From: Marsupella aquatica
Taxonomy: Eukaryota; Plantae; Marchantiophyta
Direction: 5' to 3'
DNA length: 64,000 nt
NCBI GenBank assembly: GCA_973895155.1
Contig: OZ316899.1
Location: 9,298,287 to 9,362,286 of the forward strand
Shown here: in pieces, positions 23,418 to 37,257 of the stretch
How positions within the stretch are numbered: position 1 is the first letter of the stretch
Layout: every line of letters begins with the position of its first letter
Program-made: the position numbers and the translations under genes
Notes under the pieces: model-generated
Databases searched by the model: none
What the model saw: only the letters and a program-made list of their open reading frames with translations
Told to the model about the DNA's origin: nothing

Positions 23418-24143
23418 GTAATGTTATAGGATAGGGGTTATGTACAGGTTTTGCAATTTGGGATATGAATTGACTCATATGTGGGAAGGACCGGCTGTAT
23501 TAACATTTAATCATCATGTATGTTTGAATTGGGTTTTATAGGGCCATACATGTAGACACATACCGCAGGGGGTTGGCGACGGTGTCGTGGATGTGATATA
23601 CTGACCTTCTTGCAATTTTGGGGTTTGTACCTGAATCCAGGTTTTTTTGTGATATACTTTGGTTATCCATGTTCAATTTGCTAATATTTGATTTTGGGTT
23701 TGATGTGCAGTTCCTTGGTTTTGAAGGGGTGGTTAGGTTTTTGTAGGGTGTTAGCTAGGTAGGTTATTTTGAAATGCACTATGCATAGTGTGAGACCGCA
23801 CATCCAAAAGGTATGATGCCCCATCCATTTATTCCTTGATCCGTTAGGCTATTTCAGGTTTGGCATGCAAGTTTTTATCATATGTGCTTGAGCTTGTTTT
23901 TGGCAATTCTAGATCATGCATGCTCATTATGAAAATGTCCACCTTGCATAGATTTTGGATATCCCCACACTTTGTGTATAGAGAATACGGCCTAGTAGGC
24001 ACAGCAAAGCGCGGGTATCATTAAAGTATAGCAAGTGTTGTATATATGTCTCTCATTCAATTGTTTCTCTAGACATAAATATTTGTCTTGCTGGATTTTT
24101 CTTTCATCCAACATACTGTCATGGTTGTATAATATATATGCAG

Positions 24144-25435
24144 ATGTCTGCTTCAGATAGTTCCATGTCGGATTCAGACTCAGACACAAGCTCGTCTGAG
24201 GAGGAGGTTCCTCCACCCCCTCCTCCAGACCAACCTTGTGCTCGGCCACTAGGGTCCATACCATTTTGGTGTGTGAGATGTAAAGGACATGTGGTCCGAC
24301 ATGCCTAGGAGACTTGTGAGCACATTGAGAACTATGGTCGCCATGAGGGTGATACACCAGGGTATTTGCCTAGCCACGTAGTAAATATGTCCCTCCTTCA
24401 TTCCATGAAATTTCAATAATTAGTCCACAAATGCTAAATTACTTTGCATCTAAAAAACACTACTTCATGTATTGATTTGTGTAAAATCATTGTGTGTTGA
24501 AATAGGTGCCTCGTAGACCCCCACTTCCTCTGGTTGATGATGCTATGTGGTCGGAAGGGTTTCTAGCAAGGGCTAGGGAGTTGCTTGCATCTCCCCCTGT
24601 CCATCCACCTCTTAGCCCCCCTCCTCCTATCCCCACATATGCGCATGTAGACGAGGATGCACCGGTCTCTCGACCCAAGGAAATGGATACTAGGGTCTTG
24701 CAAACGTAGATAGCAATATGAACCGGTGGAGCAGGTAGAGAATTGGGAGGAGGTGTTACATAGTGATCGACCACCCGGAAACGGAGATTATATTTGTGTT
24801 GAGGGCCGGTTTGGACTATCTTATCTCACTGGTAGGGCCATCGACATTTGGAAGGACTTTTCTCCTAGTCTCTTCAAATTTCCAGATTTCATTCATACTG
24901 ATGAACCAGTTGAGATATGGGGTTGGCCTTGGATAGTGAAGGCATCCTCTATTGATGCTGATATAGGATATGGTCTATATGCTTTGGAGGACATTGTGAC
25001 CTCCAAAGCCATGGAGACGTGGATATGACAAAGAGCACCTTTTCCCTTACATTGGGGTTGTATATAATGCAAAGAGTTGGAAGACTTTGTTGCGTCTGCA
25101 CCCAAGCTGGGAGGTGTACGCCTTGAGGATGGACTCAGACCCAAATGAGGTTTTGACTAGGCCATGGCATTGTAGGATGATTGATGGTGACCCTATTTGG
25201 AATGGTAATTTAGCAGGGTACATCAATAGTACAACGGGCAGAGGTAGAGATTTTGAGGCTAATGTAGAGTGGATCCAAATTTTTGGCCCTCGCGATCCTA
25301 GAGATCTGTATTTTGTGAAACATATGGATGACCATATCATGACAGTAGCCATTAGGACTATTAGAGCCGGTGAGGAGATACTGTGTGAGTATGAGTGGGA
25401 TGCCCCAAATTGTCCCTACGTTGTCGTCCATGATA
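24144..25435 (+). pseudogene. Spliced gene region with N-terminal CxxC/His motif and a SET domain (lysine methyltransferase-like)
   Basis: Exon 24144-~24380 has WCVRCKGH...EHIENYG. Exon from 24506 holds SET motifs IVKASSIDADIGYGLYALEDI, LFPYIG, NGNLAGYINS, ANVEW and MTVAIRTIRAGEEILCEY (about 24930-25398). Two frameshifts and a stop. Confidence 0.82.
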
Positions 25436-25577
25436 GTATGTTGGACTTACATGCATGTAAATCCATTGGATTACTTTTCCACTCTTACATTGGATTAATG
25501 AGATTCATGATGATTTATATACATATTGATTGTAATGAGATTAATGTTAATGAGATTGCATTGATGCTATATGATAG

Positions 25578-28500
25578 AACCAATATGTACAATCTGATAT
25601 TGGGGTCATATCACAAGCTATGCGACAACACATTGTTGAGGCCATGGTGGCCAACCATGGGCATGATGGAGGGATGCAGGAGGATGATGTACAACATGAG
25701 GGTGATAATCCTACTCAAGCACATCTGGATGAGGAGAGGGCCATGGATGAGCTCATGGACCAATTTTATGATGATGATGTTGATATTGGTATGGAGGATA
25801 TGGGTACAACTAATGACAAAACCACACATCCACAACCTTCTAGGGGGCGACAGAACAAGGATTGGGAAGAGGCTCAATGTCATGCTTGTACTCGCATATA
25901 TTTGATGGTAGCACCTTATCTCGGCTCTCCGCAATAATGTTGTTGTTGAATGTGCAGCAAAGACATGGGGCCAACAACCTACTTTTGGATGATGTTTTTC
26001 GTACCTTGCATGATCATATTTTTCCACCAGGCAATACCATGCCAGCCTCTTGGAAGGGGGCAAAACAAGTGTTGAAGTCCATTGGCCTCAAGTATGTAGT
26101 GATACATGCATGTGTGAATGATTGCATTCTTTTTAGGGGGGAGCATGAGAATGCAACTGCATGTCCTAAGTGTGAGAAGCCACGCTACCATGATGACATG
26201 TTGACAAGGAAGGTGCCTCAAAAGGTTATGCAATACTTTCCTCTCATCCCCCAACTGTGACATCAGTACCGTTGTGCAGAGTTAGCTAAGTGCATGGTAT
26301 GGCACTCAAAGAATCGTTCTGATATGGCTATAGACTCTAGTGCCATGCGGATGATGGTTGACTCTCCTGCCAATCAATTTGTTGAGGGCAGATGGGGGGA
26401 GTTCAGCACTGAACCATGACATGTTCGACTTGGCTTGGCAGCTGCTGGTATCAGCCCTTTTGCATTGGCGGGTAAAGCAAAACCATATTTAGTATGGCCA
26501 GTAGTTTTGACTAACTACAATATCCCTCCATGGATGGCCATGAAGAAAGGTCATTTATTGCTCTCCATGATCATCCCGGGTCCTAAGCAAGTAAAAAAGA
26601 TTGACATCTACTTGCAACCATTGATTGATGAGCTTTTGCAACTTTGGAGAGGAGTGGATTGTTATGACGGACGTCACAATACAGGAGGTTTACCTTGCGT
26701 GTTTACCCTCAAGGCCATCCTTATGTGGACCATGCATGACCTACCAAGTATGACCTGGTAAACCTTAGCTTATTTCCTTGATGTACTACCTTAAATTTAT
26801 TGTGCATATATTAAACTTATTTCATAATTGGCTGGTTGTATATGGGCTTGGTACAGGGTTTGGGTATACCTCTGGATTGCAAACATCAGGCTATCGAGCT
26901 TGCACTTCATGCATACCGGATTTGGAGGGAGTGGCAAGACGCAAGTCAAGTACTTTGCGTAAGATAGTTTACATTGGTCATACCAAATATCTTGTAGCAG
27001 ACCATCCTTGGAGGAGTGACCATTTCTTGTATGACACTGATGAGGGCCAACTTGATACTCGTCCTCAACCTCAGCGAAAGGATATAACATATTGGAGAGA
27101 GGTATGGGAGAGAGTTCAAGACCCTGATGGTCCATTATAGTTTCTCCGATGTGGCATGACCCGTTTATCTGCATTGTCACAGTTGCCATATTGGTCAGAG
27201 ATGCCCATTAATCACTGTTGGATGCGATGCACATTGAGGGAAATATGGGGAGTTCATTGATTTGTCATCTATATTGGGAGAAGAACCACAACTGGAGAGA
27301 CAGTTGTGAGGAGATGGGGATGCATGGTCTTTTGGGTTTTTGGCCATCTTTGGATCCCCTGGTGATCCCCCTAGGATCCATCCTCCTTGGGTTTTGACCA
27401 GGGCAGAGCGCATAGAGTTTTGCAGACGGATTGGGTCAATGAGGTTTCCCACAGGTTACGATGCCAGTCTTCATAAGGCATTTGGGGGGGGATGATTCTC
27501 CAAAATGGCCATCGTACCTGAAAACACATGATTACCATCAGTTACTAAAACAATTCATTCTAGTTGCGATTATTGGATTGCGTAGTGAAGAACTTCGTGA
27601 TGCTCTTTGGTCATTGGGAAAGCTTTTGAGATGGATATGTCATAAGGAGGTACCAGAGGATGACATTGTTGCGATGGAGATATTTGGAGTAGAGGTTGTT
27701 TGCAAGTTGGAGAAGGCACTTCCAGCCTCATTCTTTGATGGTCAGGTTCATTTCCTCATACATTTAGTGCGCGAGGTAGCAATTGCAAACCCGATACATT
27801 GTCAATGGATGTATTGGGTAGAGCGTTACATGGGGGTGATGAAGTCATATGTCTAGGGTGGAAGGTAGCATTGTAGAGCATCATCTTGGAGCAAAGAGTA
27901 TGTTTTATTGTACAAACATAGTTGCCACACTAGATCCAAGGGCTCCTGGGGGATGGATAGATGAGGCGGCACGAGAGGCGGACTATGAGGATGATAGACT
28001 CATTGGGGCATCAGGAGAGCGTGGCTTAGGCTCAGCAGAGCGTTTGCAACTTACAACATTTATGTTGTATAACTCACCAGAGGTTGTAGGGGAGTGGAAA
28101 AAACATCATGAGGAGAAGCAAAATAGTCGATGGCCATGGTTGTTTCCCAAGTTTCACCCATACATGGAATCAAAGTTGTTAGAAGTGGATGCCTTAGTGG
28201 GTACCGGAGACAGTATATTACATTACCCGGCCCACAAGTGACTGATAAGCTTCGTACCTTGGTTCATGGTCCACTGCTTAAAGTCATGACTCGGACGGCA
28301 ATGTGGTCAAAGGAGAGACATTTCCGCGTGGAACGACTTGATGAGAAGAGAGCAGCTACACAAGATTGTGGGGTGATGGGTTGGTTCACCCAGGATTCCT
28401 AGGGTAGCACGTCGGACATGAACCCCATTTGCTCCACCGTGGCTCATTATGGGAAGATTGATGAGATCCTGATAGTGAAGTACCATCCACATACTACTTT

Positions 28501-28813
28501 GGAGGAGGTGGTATTTAAGTGCAAATGGTTCAAGATGAATCTTGTAGGCAACAATCAAACATGTGAAGATGATGCATGCGGATTTACCCGTTTGAAGACA
28601 ATTGCAAATAGTGTCATTAGTTCCAATTGGAGGTCTTCAGATCCCTTTGCCTTCCCACATCACCTTGAGCAGTGCTTTTACCTACCCTATCGAGATGACC
28701 CACAATGGTCCATTGTCATGCCTTATATCCCTAGATCACGGTCTATAGTCCAAGAGAGACCCAATGTCGTTGTAGTGGAAGACAACATCCCTGACCCTCC
28801 ACAAGCTAGTTAG
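25578..28813 (+). pseudogene. CACTA TnpD/Tnp2-type transposase, full span, multiple stops/frameshifts
   Basis: IHACVNDCILFRGE...CPKC, YFPLIPQL, VRLGL, WTMHDLP, LKTHDYH, WMYWVERYMG, FKCKWF, DPFAFP. Intron at about 26748-26856, positionally equivalent to the copy at 10726. Confidence 0.93.
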
Positions 28814-29810
28814 TATATTTTGTATGTAGCTAGGGCCCCCCGCAACCACCACCTTCATGCTTTTTTTAATCGGCAATATAAAAATTGGCATCATCACTTC
28901 TTTAATTGTCATGGTATGCGCATGCCCAAAATCTACTGGTTATATAAGTGTCCCTACCTTATATACCCTTCCTAAGAACCCCCCCACCTTATGTTGCATT
29001 GACTATCCCATGAAAAAACCATCGGATTTCCATCGAACCTCCTACAGAAAAAACCAACATTTCTTATACTCCCAACTATGGACCATTCCATATAAAATGC
29101 ATTGGACACATGTTTCCGATCCTCTCTACAATGGACCACTTCTCCTCCTTTGTCGATGAGGTATCCAATCCAATATCCGACGGACAATGTCCAACATAAA
29201 CTCCTACGCACAAACTATGCGATCCTAAAAACAACGGACACATTTCTCCAATCCATGTTGTATTGGTCTTAGTCCGATACAATTACAAACGCAAACATGT
29301 TGCGATGCATTAAAGTTTAGACATATTATGCTGTCAGGGCGACACATTTTCCGATATGTTTAGTGTCTGAAAATTTCCGATACAAATAACATGGGACAAT
29401 GTATGCAATGTGTTTTACATCGGAATGGCCAGATCCAATGGGAGCAGGATCAGACAATACGTTGCAGGACACATCGGATATTGTCCAAAGTCTTCAAAAT
29501 TGGACAGGTGAAGTTTGGCTCAAAAGGAGTATCAGAAAACCACCAAAAATGTACTAGTGAGGGCCTGCCTAGAACCTTCAAAAAAAATCTTAGCCTAAAT
29601 TACAAACTCTAAGGATCTGATCTCCTATCTAATCTGCTAATCTACTCTTAAGTTTATCATAGTTTAACCTAATGAAAATTTCTTACTCTACTTTACTGAA
29701 GAGAGTTTACTTCAGCTTCACTTCTACTTCTCACTCATTTACAGGCTATAATATGCTTACTTAGAACAAAAAAAGAAAAATCTAACCTAAAACTAATTTA
29801 ACCCACTGAC

Positions 29811-30833
29811 TCAGCAGCCCACAATAACCCTCAGGAAATCAATCAATTGGCCAATGTGTGGGTTAGTACACTGATTCCTGAAAAACCCATTCTTAGTGGA
29901 TGGCCCCAAAAATGATTTAAACTGGTTATCCGGTAGTGTCTTCCTCTGCTCTACTTTGGTCTTCTTCCCTTTGGGTAGAGCAAAGACAGTCTTGATTGGT
30001 GCAAGTGACAATTCCAACACCATCCCATATAGCAGGGTTGTGTTAGAAGAAGCCTCCCACCATCTGACAAAGTCTAATAGATCCTTGTCGGGTATATCCA
30101 CCAACCTCCTAGGCAATCTGACGAATCCCTCCAATCCGGTACTATCCATGTACCTTGAATACTTATTATCTTGGATAGTATTGACAACATCATCCTCATC
30201 CCTTGCAAGCTGTAGTTGTAAATCAATGGGTAATTTGTCTGCCCATCTTGCCATAAACTTGTCTTCAACCGCCCCATCCCAAACTGGCACGATCTTGATT
30301 CTGGCTGGCCTCTCAAACCTGGTCCACTTAGCCTATGTGGCTGATGCCGAACTACCCTTGTGCTTCATCTATTTGGTAGCTAGCTGAGCTTTCTCCAAGC
30401 AATTAAGAATGGCTGCCCTAGTCCAGGCCGAAGTGTGACCTTTCAATTCCCACAATGGCTGTCCAACATTCTTAATTGCTTCCAAAATCCTAACAATGCA
30501 ATTCTCCTTGATTAGCAATTTGTCAAGCTCAGTGCTTGTTGGTGTCCACAAAAACTTCTCTAATACCTCCTCAGCTCCCACAAATGCAATTTTGTGAATC
30601 CCCCACAATTGCACAAGCTCCGTTTGTTCTCTAACTGCTCGCTCTGGCTCCACATCTTTGTAGGTTGGTATGAGTTGTCGTGCTTCTTCAAGCAAGCAAC
30701 CCCACAAATTTCCTGCCTGATTGACAATGTTCATTCCATTGATTGATATGAAGTTCTCGCAATCCTTCCACCCAAATACTTGTCCACAACTGACAGTCGA
30801 TCTGCTTCCCAAAATTGATGATGCGTGAACCAA
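29811..30833 (-). pseudogene. Degenerate homologue of the gypsy extra 3' ORF
   Basis: NQAGNLWGCLLE, FLWTPTS, WELKG, GLEGFVRLP and GPSTKNGFFRNQCTNPHIG match the protein encoded at 5151-6100. Confidence 0.85.
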
Positions 30834-31351
30834 GAATGAACAATAACTAGCAAAGGATCAGTCCCCACCCCTTACAAAGCCGCCACTTAGTTGTTCTTAG
30901 AGTGAAGCCACAAATTAGGTCGGAACCCTAATCTGTGGTCATCGTCTGCCGTTGATCTCTTGCTTGCCCCTAAACTCTGGCTACATGTTTCATAATTGGC
31001 TCAGGAGCTCTCCATTATTACTTTAGTTACTACTATTATATGCATAATATTATTTACAAAACAAACTCAAGTTCCCAACTTTAGTTAGTTTGGCCTTACT
31101 AGGGTTAGTTGACTCTTGGTTAGTTTAAGATAAGATCCACTTATTTAAGCTCACACATCTTAGTCCCCCTTGGGGGGTATAGGTTGGAGGGAGAACATTA
31201 TCTCCCTTATTCTTCACATTTACTCTCACATGCGTGGTATGGATCCTTCAAGAGTTTCACTAGGAGTGTCTCGTCAGTGTAGCATGTGATTGAGTGTCTC
31301 TCTCATGTTTTGCATTACTGTCTAGTCTGAAGCTGATGGTTTCTTACATGG

Positions 31352-32838
31352 TGTCAAGTGGTGGACCTAGCCACCCAATGCCCTCACCAATCCCAACACC
31401 CACGCCTAAGTGCCCTTGGTGCCCAAATGCCTCCATGGAACCCCTTGAGCAAGCAACTTGATGCCTCTTGCACCCCTACAGTCACTCCCATGCGAAGCCA
31501 CACTTGCTCCCTAACATGACCGTCGCTCAATGGTCCTCATTGTCTGCACAAGCAACCAAGCACCCCGACAAGTACCCAAAGGATCTAGACACTCCAAGAG
31601 TAGCATCCTAACTGAAGCTCAACAAACTTGGTAAGTAGGTCTGCAAATAGAACCTCCTCAGCCCGCATGGCCCTGCCATAAGTTGGAGCCAAAACCAACA
31701 CCCATTGTTTGTCCTGAATAGCCCCTCTTTGGGTGCAGACTGTGCTCCCCCACATTCCTATTTGGTTGACTGCCCTCCCCCAGGACATGCTCATAGCCCA
31801 AGTAGCGTAGTTTGTCCCAAAGCTTGTCCTAAAATATCGGGACCAGATTGGCCCTGACTCTAGCAACCAACTTGTGGTTCTCACTCAACTTATAGCCTAG
31901 GGCCAAGTGCATTTGGAACTCAACCTCCATATCTACTTGGCCTTGCCTCCCCAATGCAAGCTCCCATTGGAAATTGAACGCAATGTGGCTGCTATTTTGG
32001 CATGATTTGGCAAGTAGGCAAGATAGCCCTGGCAAACCCCCAAGAATCCATGGCACTCCCAGACCCAATTGAGCTCAGGAGGATGTTATCCTCCTTGAGA
32101 GCTTTCCATGCACCCAAGAAGCCTTCCAATGGTCTTCCCATTGAGAAATTATTGTCGTTTCCGTTTGGCGTCTCCCCTTGGTGTTGCGATCGCCGCGACT
32201 CACAACTTGGGCTTGCCCTTGGGTCCCAAGGAGACACCACTCCATATGCTTTTGGAGACCTGCCACCCTTGGACCTACTTTGGTCCCCAAATTTTGGCCC
32301 CCTACCTGAACCCCAACCTGCACGCATGGGCACACAACTAACTTGCTATGCCCATAACTTTTTAGTTAGGCATCCGTAGGCAGAGCGCCTTAGCCCGTTC
32401 TGATTGGGCCAACCCAGTGCTCATGCCTAGGCCCTCAGAACCTGCCATCACTCAGGTGTCACGGGAAACCGCACTTGGGCCACGCCGTAACTCATGACAA
32501 GCGTCCCTTGCGCATGAAGTAAAGTCCGTTAGTCTTGGGCCCAAGAGGAGCTCTCACTCAAGCCCTTGGAACTCAAAGTCCATCTAGGGGTCCGGAAAGT
32601 CCACCTTGGGCCCGACCTCTTTCCATGACCCGACTAGCCTCAAGCTAGTCTAAGTCCTTAATGTGCGCCACCAGCTTAGCGCCTTGCCTTCGCTAGTGCA
32701 GCGCCTCATAGCCTGCTAGTCTCCCTATACTTAGTCCTCACGGGATGACCATTCCAGGGCTTGGACCATAGAGGGGCTTGGCGTTGGAGTCAGCAATGCT
32801 GGAGCTAAGCTTTAAGGTAGTCGGGTTCCGCGACTTAT
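31352..32838 (-). repeat. LTR-like copy of the chromovirus family at 52943-63220
   Basis: Colinear with 52943-53943 plus 55719-55830. Starts TGTCAAGTGGTGGACC. No TSD seen. Confidence 0.7.
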
Positions 32839-32844
32839 TTCCCT

Positions 32845-33450
32845 GGGGGCCAAGGGCAAGCCCAAGTCGTAAATTGCAACGGTTGTGACACTAAGAAGAA
32901 ACGCCAAACGGAAATGACAATAAATTCTCAATGGGAAGTCCATTGGAGGATTTATTGGATACATTGGAAATCTCTTGAGAAGGAATATATCATGTTGAGC
33001 TGAACTGGGTCTGGGGGTGCCTTTGGTCCTTGAGGTTTGCAGGGGCTATCTTGCCCGCTTGCCAAAATAGCAACCAAGCCGCCTTTGATTCCCACGGGAG
33101 CTTGCGTTGGGGAGGAAATACAAAGTAGGATTGCATGTTAAAGTCCAAGTGCATTTTTTCCTAGACTCTCAGTTGAGTAGGAGCATTAGAAATGGTTGCT
33201 AGAGTTGGGGCCAATCTTGTCTCGATGTTTGGGACAAGCTAGCTAACTTGGGCCATGAGCATGTCCTAGAGGCAGGGCAGTATGCCTGTGATAGATAGAA
33301 AGTGGGGAAGCTCATGAGGCACTCGGAAGAGGGGCTGTTTTGGATGAACTGTGGATGCCGACCATGACATTGGCTTATGGCAAGATCACGTGGTCCTGGG
33401 AGGTTCTATTCACTGACCTACTTACTGATAACTATTGAGCTTGAGGCAAG
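32845..33450 (+). repeat. Inverted partial copy of the same LTR family
   Basis: Reverse complement of about 31620-32225, e.g. AAGGGCAAGCCCAAGT...ACGCCAAACGGAAA...TCTCAATGGGAAG. Confidence 0.75.
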
Positions 33451-34989
33451 ACAATGGTCTTGGGAATACTCAATCATGATGGATTACTTATTGATATGTT
33501 TGGTTGCTTGTGTAGTGAGGAGTGTGTAGTGAGGAGTGCTTGCAACGGTCGTGTTAGGGAGCGAGTGCGACATCGTATGGGAGTTGCCACTGGTGGGAAT
33601 AGAGGCCCCGTGTTGCTTAAGGAGTTTTGTGTAAGCATTTGGGCACCAAGGGTACTTAGACCAGAACACTGGATGGGTGAAGGCGCTGTGTGGCAAGGTT
33701 CACCACTCCATGGTGTTGCGGTGCTCCTGCGCTTCTTTGCGGCTAGGGGCTACAATGCTTGCGTGGTCCATGTATTGCGTACTTATCTTCAATCGGCCTA
33801 CTTCTCACGACCAACCACTGTGTCCGCAAGGTATTCAGTGAACCTGAACGGTGTGGTAAACCCTTTCACAAGAAAATTGTTGTACGGAGTGGGCCCAAAG
33901 GTCCATTGGGAGGGAATCTGAAACTTTCGGTCCACTAGGAGAGTTTATGCATCTTTTGGTTGGTCAGTTAGGTAGAAAAGTTACGTTTGGAGGTACATTA
34001 CATATATCTCTCCATTACAAAGTGGAAAACTATTTTTTGGTCTTTGCTCCCTCTCCTTAGGGTCTCTCCCAATAATGTTGAGTGTACCATCTCTCCCAAT
34101 AATGATTGAGTGTAGGTTGTACCCTGTACTGCTTTACATATGTACTCATCCTAATCCATAATACAAGGTTGCGCCTTTTATGAAGTGGTCGTCATTCCAA
34201 TTTGCAGTGTCCAAAAAACATTAATCATGTCAAAGAGAAGGAATAAAAGTTATATTAAATTTAGTGTGCACCAAAATAATAATAAATACATTCCAAACAA
34301 ACGGGGAATTAAATGGAGACACAAAAGTAGGGAGCCAATGCTAGAACCAATGGGGCACACAAAACAAGAGAGTGAATGTACATGCATGAGTATCAAGGAG
34401 GTGTACACATGAAATACAAAAGTACATAATATATATGATACTATATATTATTGTAAGTATTACAATATTGTAAAATATAATAATGATAGTAATTTAATTA
34501 AAATAGGTTAATTAAAAATAGATTAGATTACAAAGACCATATCAAAAGCTATAATAAAATGTTACTTTTTTATTATAGTAGTCATTCAAATTTGCAATAT
34601 CCCAAAAATGAAAAACATGAAAGAATGATTTCTTTTGTGAATGAAAATGGAGAGCAATGTTTCCAAGCAAAAAATGAATTTAATTAGTACAAAGAAAATA
34701 AGGAGGGTCTCTAGCAATGCAAGAGTATCAAGGAGACCTCCCTTTACCATGTACCACTATAATCCTGATCCGGTTCCTTTACAAACTAAAAAAATGTGAC
34801 AATCAATCTTGAATGTTCATCAAAACATAATTTTTTACACACTTTAAGATCCATCCATACACCCCTTCTAAAAATAAGTTCCTGCCCAAGCTACCCTTTA
34901 ACCTTCCCATACCTGCCACAATTGAAAACATTAATCAAATTTTAATTACATTTATTAATATATAAATAATTATAATTTTTTTGAAATAA

Positions 34990-36190
34990 TTTCAAATATA
35001 AATAAAATATAGATAAAATATTTTCTCATTTTGACATTTTTTTTTCATATTAAGATCTTCTCACCTCAAGATCTTTGCTCATCTTGACATATTTTTCTCA
35101 CCTCAACATATATATTATATTTGTCTCATTTTGCCATATTTTTCTCACCTGGTCATCTTTATCTCACCACAACATCTTTCTTCACCTTCAACATTTTTTC
35201 CTCATATTGACATCTTTTTCTCATCTCATCATCTTTTCTCTCCTTGACTTATTTTTCTCACCTCTGAATGTTTTTCTCTAATATGACATCTTTTTCTCAC
35301 CTTGCTATATTTTCTTTCCTTGACATATTTTTCTCAGCTCGAAATGTTTTTCTCTTATCGACATCTTTTCTCACCTTGATATATTTTCTCACCTCAACAT
35401 GCATCATTTGTGCAATGCACAGGTATCAGGCCCGATATGTACTTAACAACATCTTTACTTCACAACATCGTTTATTAATGACATACTTTATCTATTGACC
35501 ATTTTATACTTAACAACATCTTAATAATTAACGACATCTTTGGCATAACGACATACTTGGCGACATGACATCTACTTACTTGACACAATTTTTTACTTGA
35601 TGACCTTTGGGCAACATGTCATCTTTGGCAAAATGAATTTTTTTCTTAACAACATCTTTTTACTTCATGACATTTTTCACATAAGAACATCATTCTTGGG
35701 AAACACAACATATAATTCTCTTAAGAGCATTTTGGGCGCCACAACACTTTCCTCTCAGTGACATCTTGGGGGACACTACATCTTGGGCGCCACAACATCT
35801 GTTTTCTTAATAATATCTTGGGCGCCATGATATCCTTATTTTAATGATATTTTGGGCAAAACAACATTTTTTTTAGCGACATCTTTTGTGCAATGCATGG
35901 GTAATTTCCCTCATCTTGGCCGACACGACATATTTTCTCTCAATGATGTCTTTGCTGACACGACATCTTTTTTCCAACGACATCTTGGCCGACATGAAAA
36001 CTTTTTTTTCAACGACCTCTTGGCCAACATGACATCTTTTTTCTCAACAACTTTTTTCTCTCAACCACCTCTTGGCCGACACAACATTTTTTCTCTCCAT
36101 GACCTCTTGGCTGACACGACATCTTTTTTTTCTCAACGACATCTTGGTCGACATGACTTCTTTTGTGCAATGCACGGGTATTGAGCTCGT
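34990..36190 (+). mobile_element. Low-complexity GACATCTT-type repeat region with three Helitron-like 3' termini
   Basis: TTTGTGCAATGCA(C/T)(A/G)GG at 35407, 35885 and 36162 resembles the CCCGTGCAACGCACGGG terminal hairpin after C-to-T decay. The last is followed by ...GAGCTCGT. 5' end not identified. Confidence 0.5.
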
Positions 36191-37257
36191 GTCCATTATA
36201 TTGTATCCTTATTGTATCCTTATACATGTATCTATACACATTGACCTCAGTTCGTAGGTTGCCTCTTTCTAGAGTATCTCATGGTTCTCAAAAATTACAG
36301 AATAAATCTAAAGGTGGTCATGTTGGCACCAAAAGCTAGTGTGTAAGCCCAAGATGATTTGTTTTGACTGACTGTTCCTTTTGGCCTCGTAAGAAGACAG
36401 GTTACTTGATGCACAAGTTGGGATATTTGTAGGGGTAGTTAGTACCTCGCCAAACGATGTCCAAAGCGACACGTGCGTTGAAGATAGAGGTATTAAGAGT
36501 AATAATGTTTAACCAATAACCAGTTTTTCCGTGTGCTTGATTTGGGCTTTAGGAGTTGAGCTCGCCCTCATAAGATAATTCCCAAGGCTGCCGCTAGCCA
36601 TTTGGAGCCTGTCCCCGACTGAGGACTATCGCATAACTGAGGTACTAACGATGCATTTCAGCAGAGGTCCCATGTCCACATAGATTGAGTTCCTCGGTGC
36701 TTATCAAGGATAACACCCGTGGGCTAGAAGATTAGTACTTCCGTCGAAGGTGAAGGCGTGCGGGCAGTTAGGTTTGCTTTGAACTCGTCAGCGATATGAA
36801 CTTCAGTTCCCGGAAAGGACTGCATTTCTGAAATTGTCTAGCGATCCACAGCGGAACTGGAGAGACGTCGAGTCTTGTTAATGCGAACATCGAGTTTCTC
36901 TGAGTGTTTTTGCCGTCGAATTTTTCGACCACTTTTCTGCTTGAGGGGTAAAAACGACCGGAGTTGATCGACTTAGCTTTAGTTCCTGTAAGGGAAGGAT
37001 TGGTTTTTTGTAGATGTAGCAGTGACTTGATTGGTTAATAACCTGTGAAGTACGTAAAACTGCCTTTAAAGTATTTTTTCTCTTTTGTTGTTGTTTTTCC
37101 AGTTTCCCGTGTTATGCACATGCCTGCTGATCATGTTCTGAGGCGGTGATATTGTGCTCTGACTAGACTACTTCGGTGGTAACTGAAGGTATTTGCTCGG
37201 CGGCTGTTGTACAGTTCCTCGAGTAGGGAATTTTCACATGTAATTATAAGTGTCATC

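Larger units (their letters stand above)
23418..29559 (+). mobile_element. CACTA element carrying a SET-domain exon upstream of TnpD; left end not found
   Basis: Right TIR AAAATGTACTAGTG at 29546-29559, subterminal TCCGA/TCGGA repeats at about 29020-29520, TnpD homology. Left boundary is approximate. Confidence 0.85.

Noticed and set aside
25436-25905. C-terminal half of ORF 25087-25905 as real protein
   Set aside because: It reads through a probable intron and then an off-frame transposase exon.
31340-31362. tRNA-Met PBS after TTACA
   Set aside because: Poor match (TGGTGTCAAG), and it overlaps the inferred start of the LTR-family repeat.
37207-37257. ORF-track start for ZRF1
   Set aside because: Non-ATG start overlapping a likely splice acceptor. 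ATG 37258 fits better.
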